DNA from: Babesia bigemina | Taxonomy: Eukaryota | DNA length: 64,000 nt | Direction of reading: 5' to 3' | Assembly (NCBI RefSeq): GCF_000981445.1 | Contig: NC_027216.1 | Location: 992,001-1,056,000 of the forward strand | Translations under genes and position numbers: made by a program | Notes under the pieces: model-generated | Seen by the model: the letters and a program-made list of their open reading frames with translations, nothing else | What the model was told of the DNA's origin: nothing | Databases searched by the model: none | In this document: positions 1 through 10,000 of the stretch, in pieces | How positions within the stretch are numbered: the stretch's first letter is position 1 | How the letters are laid out: each line of letters starts with the position of its first letter

Positions 1-903
1 ATAGATATAAAACAAGATTCGACGGATCGTAAAGCTACATCAATCGACGGTAAGCAGGCATACAGTTGCAATCAAGAGAGATTGGAAACCAGGTTGAACG
101 GCTTGCGTTCATCATACATTGCAATGACAACTATGATGATCGATTATCTCGAGTTACTATGGCCCGTTGCATCGGAGGCCGCTGATGCGGATTATTCGAC
201 CGTAGTTCAAAGCATATTGTACGATGTTACGTATTCGGCTTTCCGCGCCTTACAATTGGCGGAAGAAAACAGTACGACATTCTCCGATATGGAGAGAATA
301 GTGTCGTCGGCTTTCGATAGTGTGGGAGTCATACCTATGGTGTCATCCACCACTAGCGACAGTGCCTGTTACCGTGAGCTGGATAGTAAACACGGTAACA
401 TCCTAAGTCGTAGAGCCGACCTTCAAGAGATTCTTAGTAGTTTGTATATCGAAACAGATGACGAAAAGACACTAGGATCATTGTTCCAAACTTTGAGAAA
501 TGCTATCGGCGCTGACGATCACTGGAAAACAAACAACGCCTTCAAGCTATTCTTGGATAATAGAGAACTGGTACAACGAGTGTTGCAATTGGATATCGCA
601 ATGCCGCGTATACAACAACTCATTGAAGAGTTTGTAGATGTTGTCAACGCCTCCATGCCGAGGCTCTTCGAGATTGCAGCAGGTGTTGACAGCTGCAAAA
701 CGACTTATGAGTTGGAGCCTACCAGGACTGCCGACAATCACTCAACTTCTTCCAACTCCGAAGATATTGTTGAACACCTTTTGGTAAGTCTTGACTCCGA
801 AAGTGTTACACTTGGAACTGGGTCACATGTTGAAGAAGGCGGTATCCAAAAAAAGGGATTTTGTAAGTCTTTTGGTAAGCTATTTCGCCGTAAAAAAACG
901 TAA
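1..903 (+). CDS. Lineage-specific hypothetical protein, 5'-partial (frame open from the window edge)
   Basis: Frame 1 is stop-free from base 1 (IDIKQDSTDRK...) to TAA at 901-903; helical and acidic, with no recognised motif. Confidence 0.6.
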   Translation: MDIKQDSTDRKATSIDGKQAYSCNQERLETRLNGLRSSYIAMTTMMIDYLELLWPVASEAADADYSTVVQSILYDVTYSAFRALQLAEENSTTFSDMERIVSSAFDSVGVIPMVSSTTSDSACYRELDSKHGNILSRRADLQEILSSLYIETDDEKTLGSLFQTLRNAIGADDHWKTNNAFKLFLDNRELVQRVLQLDIAMPRIQQLIEEFVDVVNASMPRLFEIAAGVDSCKTTYELEPTRTADNHSTSSNSEDIVEHLLVSLDSESVTLGTGSHVEEGGIQKKGFCKSFGKLFRRKKT

Positions 904-904
904 A

Positions 905-1882
905 CGAGTTCGTGCTTTATTCGTAATTCAATCAACTAATGAAATCCATCCGTGGCCACAGGAACTACATCTGGACTATCTGCTACCATGGGAGTTAAAT
1001 TCAGAATATGGATGCTAAAGCCATCCTGAAGCGGCAACAACCATAAAACGCTCTGTATTACCGGCTATAGCTTTTGTTCTTCATCACTACGATACCGCTG
1101 GTTGTATTTTTAGCGTTCAAAACCTTACTCATGAAGGTAAAAGCTGCGGCTATTGTGCCTGTCATCAACAGTGTGCTGACTACGTAGCCAGGTCCGATGT
1201 TCGGCTTTTCGAAACTATAGACTAACCGTGCTGTTGGTTGCAGGTTCCACGTCTAGTCATTGACTTCATCCGTGCTACCACCCAGCTGGGTTGAGAGTAT
1301 CATTCATGGTCTCGCGATGACTTATGTCCCTGTCCACCAACTCACACATTAGACAAGGTATCAATTGGCAACATGCCGACTAGACGATCTCTTTTACCTT
1401 AGACTACCTCACCGAATCATCATACCGTACAAACTACTAAGCAATTAACTGAGCACTTCGTGGAAGTTCACGTCGAGACCACGGACCCCTGCCTACAAGG
1501 CTGCGGTGTTAAGTCCTCATCGTATGAGTTGTTCAAGCCTGACAAACCCAAAATCTACGATGATAACGGAGAAGACAGCGGCCGCAAAATTGATATTCAG
1601 GCTGCCAATGAAGCAGCGTTCTACTGCCCCCCTCCGTACGTACTTGACCCACCCAACTGCTTTCACCAAGTGTTAGTGGAGGGTGAAGCAAAGAGCGTAA
1701 TCGATATAAGCAAGTCGCTGATTGAATCAGCATCCAACCACTTCGTCATCTTGAAGTTCGACAGAGAACTCGTAGGACCTGGCGAAACGCTGCGCCAGAC
1801 CCAGCCGTTGGAGTGTCGCTGCGTCACCATCAAGGGCATCGTCCTGTCTACCATCCACATCGAGCATTACTACGCCAAGTAA
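905..1882 (+). pseudogene. Broken paralog of the 6-Cys/s48-45-like gene at 59541-62417; only the last domain is intact
   Basis: ORF 1460-1882 (TDPCLQGCG...LFKP...AAFYCPPPYVLDPPNCF...LECRCVTIKGIVLSTI) is a close paralog of the C-terminus of 59541-62417. There is a weaker upstream remnant (..YLLPW, ~905-1000), and the 3' flank is also conserved between the copies. Confidence 0.8.
1151..1350 (-). mobile_element. Short 3'-terminal remnant (copy A) of the putative RLE non-LTR retroelement
   Basis: 1169-1253 closely matches 58216-58301 (identical 24-nt and 20-nt blocks). Minus-strand translation ELVDRDISHRETMNDTLNPAG aligns with KIVMRDMKPREDYDSVEDPGA of copy C. Confidence 0.6.
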
Positions 1883-2322
1883 TGAGTAGCTCAGATGTAG
1901 TAAATCTTTTTGTCAATGACAGAGTTTAATTGTCATAGTTCATGTTGGTCGTTATGTTGGTTTGTGTCTCCAGTAGCAGCATGACTTTCGGTTAGAATGT
2001 GGTATTTGCTGTTTCCAATTCCAAGACACATTATTGTGTTGAAATAACTGTTTATTCTTGCATGAGTCCTCGTAAGTCAATCCAATGTCGCATATCGTAA
2101 TCACGTACAATTATACCATTCCGTTGTTTTTCGAACTGCCTTAATGGGGGAGATGGGATTTGCCCGTCTACACATATTCCAAGAATTCATAAGATTTGCA
2201 GTGCCATTAATACACGAATATGGATAGCGCCAGATACATGTAACTATAGTTCAAAAGGTACAATGGTGTTATTGACAGACTGCATTGTCAGTTCCTGTCC
2301 ACAGAAGGCCATCGGTGGGAAG

Positions 2323-2935
2323 TAGAACAAGTATGGCTTCATCTGCCCGTCATATCTTTAAATCATACCTCATTGTACAATATCCAAGAATAGAGTGAAT
2401 TATAGTGACGATTTCCAAGTGAGCCTTTCAAGGCGACACCGGGCCCACCCACAGCCTGCACCGTGATGGGCTAGGCGAGGAGAAAGTGCGAGGCTATGCA
2501 CGATGGGATATTACGTGTCAGATACTGGTCAATATGGTCGGACTAAGGTAAACATCAGGCAACTTGGAAATACGCCCGACACCCCTTGGCTCAACAAGAG
2601 GCCCGACCTTTCGGGTTGGAACGTGAGGCATTGCACTGGATTGGCTAACTTCATCTGAACAGCACGATAACACGAAAAACAAATCTCAGAGATGTGGTTA
2701 TATGTGTCAATCGAGGGGGTTCCGTAGCCAATTCAGCTAGTAAGTGCCGTCGGCCTGATGTCATTGTGCTAACAGGTGGGGGCATGTATCGTGGTGGTCT
2801 AGGCAGTTGTGCCGAAACTTTCTGAGATACTGCAATTTTAACACCACTGAACACTTTGAACCAACGAATGTGAAATGTACGAACCAGCAAGATATTTTCT
2901 CAGCGAATGGTGGGGGAAAGTTCGTAATAGATAGA
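2323..2935 (+). mobile_element. Degenerate retroelement remnant (copy F): post-zinc-knuckle RH motif plus RLE PD motif
   Basis: One frame from 2457 reads CTVMG*ARRKCEAMHDGILRVRYWSIWSD*G...VICVNRGGS...RRPDVIVL, with internal stops. VNRG is shared with copy C. Confidence 0.55.
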
Positions 2936-2949
2936 TGTCCATTTAGGGT

Positions 2950-3687
2950 TTGCATTTTGTAAAATGCTCACCAGGGGGTCTCATTGGAAGCTGGGACTCC
3001 GCCTACTACACTAACCCCTTCGACCCGTGCAACCTGTGCCACAAGAGCAGGATCAGGATGGGATTCAAGGAGACAGACTTACCAAGTAGTCAACAAACTG
3101 GCAGCATCCTTTCCACCATCCTCACTTTCTGCTGCGGCGGTAGTGACCCTTTGCTGACATTGTCTGCCTACCTCAATTGCTTAACCAGGCTGACGCCGAG
3201 TACCACCGGGGAGCTGGTCTCGTACTTCCACAATTTTGGTGTCGAGTTGCACGGTTATGCTTTGAAGTCGTTGTCTCCACTGGGCATCTCTCTTTCCAAT
3301 TCACACCCCAACTGCCCCGACTGGGACCGTCTTGATGGCACCGACCTCAAAGATCTCCGTGGCATCCGTGGTTCCGAGTCTCTCAACTCAACGCATGACC
3401 ATCTGAAGAGTCCACATAAGCAATTTGGAGACAACTTGGGTCATTTACATCGCCATCCACAATTGTTGCCAACTATCTACCATTCGCATGCCCTCTACCC
3501 CCTCGTCTTTGACTACACGATTTTTCACTTCTTGAATGTTCTGCCATGTTCCCAAAAGTTTCGACTCCCAAGGCGTCCTACTTCATTCACGTCACGACAA
3601 TACTCGTTCACTGGAAGAGGATACTCCTACCTTGCTACGACATCGACTGCTTCAATGACCCCATGGGCAAACATTGTTACATCGTAA
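2950..3687 (+). pseudogene. Fragment of a ves1/VESA1-like variant surface antigen gene
   Basis: PFDPCNLCHKSRIRMGF, DPLLTLSAYLNCLTRLTPSTTGELVSYFHNFG and HPNCPDWDRL are typical internal VESA-like segments. There is no ATG start, and homology is lost toward the 3' end. Confidence 0.7.
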
Positions 3688-3924
3688 TTATCGCATTTAT
3701 GTAATCACAGGTTGTTATATGATGGAATGCAGTGCAGCAGTGATTAAATGTGCTGCTGAGGCGTATGCAGCGGGATGTGTAATAGATTCATGAAACTGTC
3801 GTATATACAACTGTGATTACACACCTATGCCACCTCCATGGCAACACTAAGGTAATGTAATAAAATAATTCATGGCATAATTAATTCGTGAGTAAGATAG
3901 ATTATAACCCGTGCCTATAGCTCG

Positions 3925-4290
3925 GGAGCGCCATGCTGGGTTTGGGAATGGGCAATCATCCGGGTGGGTGTACAAAATTTGTATACTTGTTTGGGTTGCT
4001 ATAAGCGACGTTTTGCGTCTTCATACGAATTTTTGTAAAGCTGCGTCTCGATTCAGTGTCGTAGATCACAGAGGCATGTGTTAGCGCATTAGCATTGTAG
4101 ACATACGGTTGGAAGTTGTTGGACCGAACTGGCGGAATCACCTTCCGTTAGAATTCATATCAGCCATATTGGCATAAAGTAACATTGTATGGGAACGTAG
4201 GCAACCGAAGTTCAGGAATTCTCACGTTCATTGGGACAACAGAACCCAGGATTCTTTCAGGCTGATTCGCCTTGGCGTGGAGCCACAGGG
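3925..4290 (+). mobile_element. Old diverged remnant (copy B), inverted homolog of 58300-58650
   Basis: 4131-4226 is the reverse-complement homolog of ~58343-58440 (ttcctgaacttcggtt; ggaaggtgattccgcca). Translation AIIRVGVQNLY...ELAESPSVRIHI weakly parallels TIVEIGITNQY...DLGISDRMEAHI of copy C. Confidence 0.5.
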
Positions 4291-5048
4291 TTTGAAACAA
4301 AGCATCTGCAAATTAAGGTTTTACATTAGGTGCTCGAAACAAGGCATTATTTTACAAGCTATGAAATGCCGGGATATTCACATACAACGTCAGCCTCGTA
4401 CACACTAGTTTCATACACGGCAGTGCGCTGGATTCCATAGCAACCACATATCACAGTTGACATCAAGAGTGGCGTGAGAAGAAGGTGATCACATATCATA
4501 GCGTGCAGTCCTTATGTGTCAGTATGCATTCGCAATCAAAGTTGCTGCAAGCACTGAAAGCAATAAACAATTACGCCAATCACGGAAGGCGGTAGAAGCA
4601 GTGTATACATGCCTCATCAGGTGACTGCTGTCTTGATAATAAGAAGGCACTATTAGACTATATTAACGCTGCGAAAAGCTATTTGCAACCCATGGTAACA
4701 CTTTAATCTTCAACGTCTGTCCAAACTTGCAACGACACTTATAAGCCTAGTATGGGCGACTAGTGCCGCATATATACGCTTACAATGACTCGCGATAGTT
4801 GTACTGAATGCCGCGTCAATGGTATCGAGATCGAAGAGCTGGGGCATCTGTGTAGTTCCTTCCTTTACCATAGGTATCTTTGGCATATCTTAATCTTTCT
4901 AAATTTAAATTAGAAGCCTATTTATTAGGTCTAAGCTGCACTTTTGCATTGCGTATTGTCGAAGACAACTCGTCTGTTTGCAACCTGGCCTGCAAATGGA
5001 CCAATCCATACAGGAGTAGTAGCTGCATAGTTTAACTCATTTTTCAAA

Positions 5049-6035
5049 ATGGTGTACACTTCGTTGACTGACATCCCTCGTAACCTTAAAGAAGGTATTG
5101 ACTGGTTGTTGGCCGTGAAGGGAGCCGATGCTGAAAAGAACTTAGCGGCCATGGGCGCTGCCCTATACGACTTTCTCGTAGACAAGCCTGTAGGCTTCAC
5201 GGAGGTGCCAGCTCTCGAGAATGTTAAGCTTATTTCGAAAGAGTTCCTGGAGCGACAGGAATTTAAGGACATGTGGCCTGCAAACGAGCTGCTGGGGAGA
5301 TTCAACAACCATGTGAAGACACAAAACATAGACCACCTTAAGTACCCGTTTCCCATAAACGACAGCGATTTTTCGAATGTCGTGCGTGCCAGGCGTGCCG
5401 TACCTGAAAAAATCGCAGAGGACCTAGGTAGGATTGTGGATGGTTGCGAGAGCTTCCTGGAGCATATCGTACTCCCTGAGCAGTATTTATCTGCTTATAA
5501 TTCAGAAGCAACTTGGAAGAAATCATGTTCGGAAAAGCCGGAAGATTGCGCAGTGGTACTTGTGGGTATTGCGCCAATGTTGTACGCAGGACTGCGTTCT
5601 TTGAAGGTCGCGTGCGACAATGAACGCCTAGGTGGGGTACCAGGGGCTAAGGCGATGAGCAGTTTGGGAAGTGTACTGTTGGCTGATGGTTACCAGGAAA
5701 AGCAATGGCCCACTGCAATGACCCCTTCATATGTCGCTAAGGCGTTGGAAGGTGTGAGTCATGAGGTGTTGGTCACGCTCTACGACTTCGCTGGATTCTG
5801 GGCTTTCTATGGATTGCATGACCCCAACAATGTTCCAGCTGTAAAATCTGGCGAGCTTGACAAGGACGCACAGGAGTTTATTGACTTCTACGTCAACATG
5901 AAGCCCATTAACCCTCCCAAGAAGAAGTTGCAGTTCATTAAGTCGCCCAGCACATACACTGCCACCGGATCGAACAACATGTATTACCCCTGGCTGCCAA
6001 CAGTGTTGGATATGGGTGATACTGTCCCACTTTAA
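5049..6035 (+). CDS. Short ves-related protein (VESA N-terminal-like domain only; ves2-like)
   Basis: Starts MVYTSLTDIPRNLKEGIDWL, the typical ves-family N-terminus, and carries an SEATW..SC...PEDCAVVLVGIAPMLYAGL motif. Single exon, 328 aa, no C-terminal TM segment. Confidence 0.8.
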   Translation: MVYTSLTDIPRNLKEGIDWLLAVKGADAEKNLAAMGAALYDFLVDKPVGFTEVPALENVKLISKEFLERQEFKDMWPANELLGRFNNHVKTQNIDHLKYPFPINDSDFSNVVRARRAVPEKIAEDLGRIVDGCESFLEHIVLPEQYLSAYNSEATWKKSCSEKPEDCAVVLVGIAPMLYAGLRSLKVACDNERLGGVPGAKAMSSLGSVLLADGYQEKQWPTAMTPSYVAKALEGVSHEVLVTLYDFAGFWAFYGLHDPNNVPAVKSGELDKDAQEFIDFYVNMKPINPPKKKLQFIKSPSTYTATGSNNMYYPWLPTVLDMGDTVPL

Positions 6036-6229
6036 TGCGCCTCATCGTCTGCCGTGTCTTTGTAAGACTGCGGGATGTATTCTTTAACGCTTTTATTAAT
6101 AAATGTTGATATATGTCCAATCTGTCATCCCCTCTGCCCATTGTTTTGAACCACTAATCGGTTTACCTAACAAGCAATCTGGTAGGTAAGGTCGTAGACG
6201 CATTAAGACAGCGTATTAGTGGCCTATAT

Positions 6230-6735
6230 CTATGAGTCAGTGCAGCGACCCGGCATCGCAGTAAACCGTGGATATGCCTGATACCATCTGGATGTCTGAG
6301 GAACACCGTCACTATCGTGGAGATAGGAATCACCAATCAATACAACCTAGTGGATACGGAGAAGTTCAAGAAGCAGAAGTAGGCAGACCTTATCGAGGAC
6401 CTCAAGGCGCGACAGTTCAACCAGCAGACCAAGATTTGGGTTATCCCCTACGTTATGACGTGGGAGGGAATAGTGACAAAGGAGCACAGCAAGTACAGAC
6501 GGGACCTGGGCATATCGGATCGCATGGAAGCCCACATACAAAGGGTAGTGATCCAAGAAACACATAAAATAGTGATGAGGGACATGAAACCAAGAGAAGA
6601 CTACGATTCTGTAGAAGACCCTGGTGCCCAAACTTGATGGACACCCGCATGGATGACACCAGTTACGATCGGCAACGGACCGATGTGGAACCCGCAGCCA
6701 GCACCAACGTGAGGCGCAGGCATGGTAAGGTTAAA
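6230..6735 (+). mobile_element. Best-preserved RLE endonuclease remnant of a non-LTR retrotransposon (copy C), pseudogenised
   Basis: MPDTIWMSE (6274-6300), then a +1 frameshift, then NTVTIVEIGITNQYNLVDTEKFKKQK*(TAG 6380-6382)ADLIEDL...WVIPYVMTWEGIVTKEHSKYRRDLGISDRMEAHIQ. This fits the PD..E..KxxKY RLE pattern. Confidence 0.75.
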
Positions 6736-7043
6736 AATCTGCCGTAGTTCTGCTAAGTCCACATATCGTTATACTAAGCGCTAATTGCTCTAACATGTCT
6801 AAAAAATATGCAAACATATCCGACCCAGTAATAAGCTGCAAAAGGTTAAGCGAAGCAGTTGTGAAGGTATGCCGGTACCCGAATGGCAAAAAGATGGGGC
6901 TTTGGATGCAATATATAACCACCCGGCAACATCCCAACAGAGTATTGTTGCAAACATTACATAATACCGACAATTATGTCACAATTAGAGCTGAACGTTA
7001 ATATATGTATATGGTTTAGCGCTTTGTCGTGTTCAATATAGTC

Positions 7044-10000
7044 CTATACATCATCGTCGTAGCCGTAAGTGTCGTCATCAACTTCCTCTTCGCCGTCACC
7101 TGATTCCGTTGCTAGATAGTCCTCCACCTCCGATGATGCTCCATCTTCCACTACATAGGCCTGACTAACACCATCAATGTCATCATTGGACGCAGCCGGT
7201 TCTCTAGCGGTTTCCGCTGAAAGAGGGTGGCCACATATGGCACTGCACCTGTCACACAACCCCTCCGAAACGTCCTCTCTGTACAGCCAACACCTGCAGA
7301 TGGTTTATATCACATATATTTGGTGTCGTAAAATATGTAAAAATGCATTCAAAGCGTGTACAGACACAACAAACATACGCAGTATCACACATCGCTTTAC
7401 AACGTATACTACAAATGTTCGAAACGAACGATACTGTCCGCAGCGTACTACACTTTAAACCTGGGAACGTACCTCTTGCACTTATCGAATGCCGCAGGTA
7501 TGAAGTAAGCGGTGTATCCGTTCCCACGCATAAGAGCCTCGCCGCCCTTGTATGACGATGAATCCAGAGCCAGTTCGACTTCAGCAACTCCCGTTAACAA
7601 CCGCAGGTCTATTTGCAAGTTGGTTTCGAGGTCCAAGAGGCTCTTCAGAATTTCGTCATTGCCGCAAACAATAACCAGCTTCTGATCGTTGCGCCGCATG
7701 TTTGAGGCGTTTAAGACACTTCGCAACTCCAAAGCCCTCTCCACTCTATCGGCAACGTCGACTTTGGCAAGGTACGGGGGCATCTGTGCCCAACGACCTC
7801 CGAAAACTGAAGGAACAGACCTTTTGTCGCTTCGATTGACGGGTAGCTGTACGTTCGACAAGGTCTGGTATACGTCTTCAGCCATGTGAGGCATGAGAGG
7901 TGCTACTACACCGAGCACATTGCGCATGATTTTTCGTAGGATAATCTGCGCGGACGTGCGCCGCCACCCATGCTTGACGTCGCAGTAAAGCCGATCCTTG
8001 CTGTACGAGATGTAGATGTTCGAGAGTCGGGTGAGGAAAACCTCAAGTTCTCGTACTATTTTGTGAAAGCTACCAACGCGATAGAAATGTCGCGCATCGC
8101 GTACCAAGTCGAACGAGAGCTTTAAAAAGTGTAGGTCCAAACCGTTGAAGCGCTCTGCTTTGATTCGGCAACGGTCGTTGGTTATCTTGCAGTCATTGGT
8201 TACGCCAATGGCGTACTTGAAAAAGTTTGATACCTTCTTCGCAAAATCCAGCGCTTCACCAAGATTATCCTCGTTCAACTGGATGTCCTTCTGTAGAAAG
8301 TCGCTGCTGCACGCCCACAGCCGCATCACGTCCGCCCCAACACCACGCGGAGCATACAAATCCAGCAACTGCAAATCCTCATAATACTCGCCACCCAGCA
8401 TTGTCGTGAGGTCGACGGATGCGAGGCTGTTCTTTGGTGAATTTTGCTCCTTTCTCAAACGGAGGCCATCACCGTCATTGTCCACCTCTACGTCGCTGCG
8501 TGCTGAATCTCCACATGCCTTATTAGCGCTGGCAATTGAACTCGGGACTTCAGATGGAGAAAAGGTCTCACAAGCTTTTGTACCTCCAGACGTCACAACG
8601 TCCGTAGGAGCCTGACCAGTTGCAGTAGCTACGTCTCCGTTAGCTTCCATGCCCTCCTTTTGTGCCACATTTTGGTTGCGTTTCGACAACTTGTTGCCTC
8701 TATCGTCGTTAACGAATCCGTGAGTGATGATACGACGAGCCAGAACGGAACCCGCTTCAGTGGCGCTGGCTTCATTTTCGCCACCACTGCCCAGCAGCGT
8801 GTTCAACAGCAGTGAAGACTGGTACCAACCACGAAATTGGTCTGGCCCTTCAACTGCGTACTCTGGGACAAGGTCGCGGAACGTGTAATGGTTCTTCCCA
8901 GCGCTAATGCGAGACATGTCAGACATGATAATACGGAGGCGATCCATAGTAACTCGCTGAGCCAGAGCGGATTCAAACCATACATCAACCGTGTCCGTCC
9001 TGAAGTCCAACTTACGAAAAACGCGATCACCCAAGTCGTATGGAGGCAACGTTTCAATGTCCACCTCCGCGCGGTACTCCCCTCTGCCAGCATCCTCAAA
9101 ACGCTCTGTCAGGTCGCACAGTTTCGCGAGTTCAGGGTTTTCAATGGCCTTTGAATCGACATAAACCACCGGAATTGGCGTGCCCCAAACGCGCTGACGG
9201 CTGAGACACCAATCCTGCGCCCTGTGGGTGATGATGTTCTGCAGGTAGTTACGTGAAGATGCGGGATACATCTTTATATCGTTCAACCGCTCTAAACACG
9301 CCTTACGCCCGCGCAGCATGAGACACCACTGCTTAGTCAGCCTCACATGAGTGCGATTGCCGAAACGCCAGTCGACGTCAACTGGAAGGCGCTCTACCTT
9401 CGCCTTAAGCAGCGAGTCTCCAAGCAGAGCACTGAGTCGTTCCTCATCAATATCGTGGATACTAAGTCCTTCCAGCATCCAATGCAGGTTGGGGTAGAAC
9501 CGTTCGTTTTCGTCGATTATGTTGCATATTGCGTTTGGATCGCTGACGTAATTGTCTACTACCTGATAATCTCCAGAGGACGTCAGTAGTCTAAAGTCTA
9601 CCATGCCATGGGCCGGAGCGGCGTGGACTATACCCGTGCCTTTGTCACGCAGAATACCTGCGTGGTCGTGCACCTTGTACTGTGCGCCGGTGACCGGGTT
9701 CATGATGCTCAACCCCAGTAACAGGTCGCCCTTAAGACGACCTACATGCTGCTTCGCCTCAAACAGTCCAAACTTGTCATTGTTGTTGAGGACGTACAAG
9801 CTACCATTGGCGTAATACACGTCGTAATCCGCCGACGAATCCAATAGCACACCCCTGTTAGCGGGGAGTGTCCATGGCAACGTGGTCCAGCATACTAGCC
9901 GAACGTCCATGAGCGGCCTGTGGAAGTCGAGTGCTTGCAAGATGGCATCAGGCTCGGTCACCTCGAACCCTACAAAGGCTGTCAAAATGTCCCTAACATC

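Noticed and set aside
2120..2200. FELP..G.MGFARL resemblance to the LYLPR..GGxGL motif of LINE ORFs
   Set aside because: It needs a frameshift and the spacing looks short; too weak to claim without an alignment
2602..2616. Small hairpin cccgacctttcggg as a terminator or ncRNA
   Set aside because: The stem is short, the context is eukaryotic, and it lies within a decayed coding remnant
6380..6382. TAG readthrough or recoding (here and at 59125-59127)
   Set aside because: The stops fall at different positions in the two copies and accompany other lesions, indicating decay
6268..6637. ORFs 6268-6567 and 6455-6637 as standalone small genes
   Set aside because: They are better explained as pieces of one frameshifted, stop-interrupted retroelement ORF
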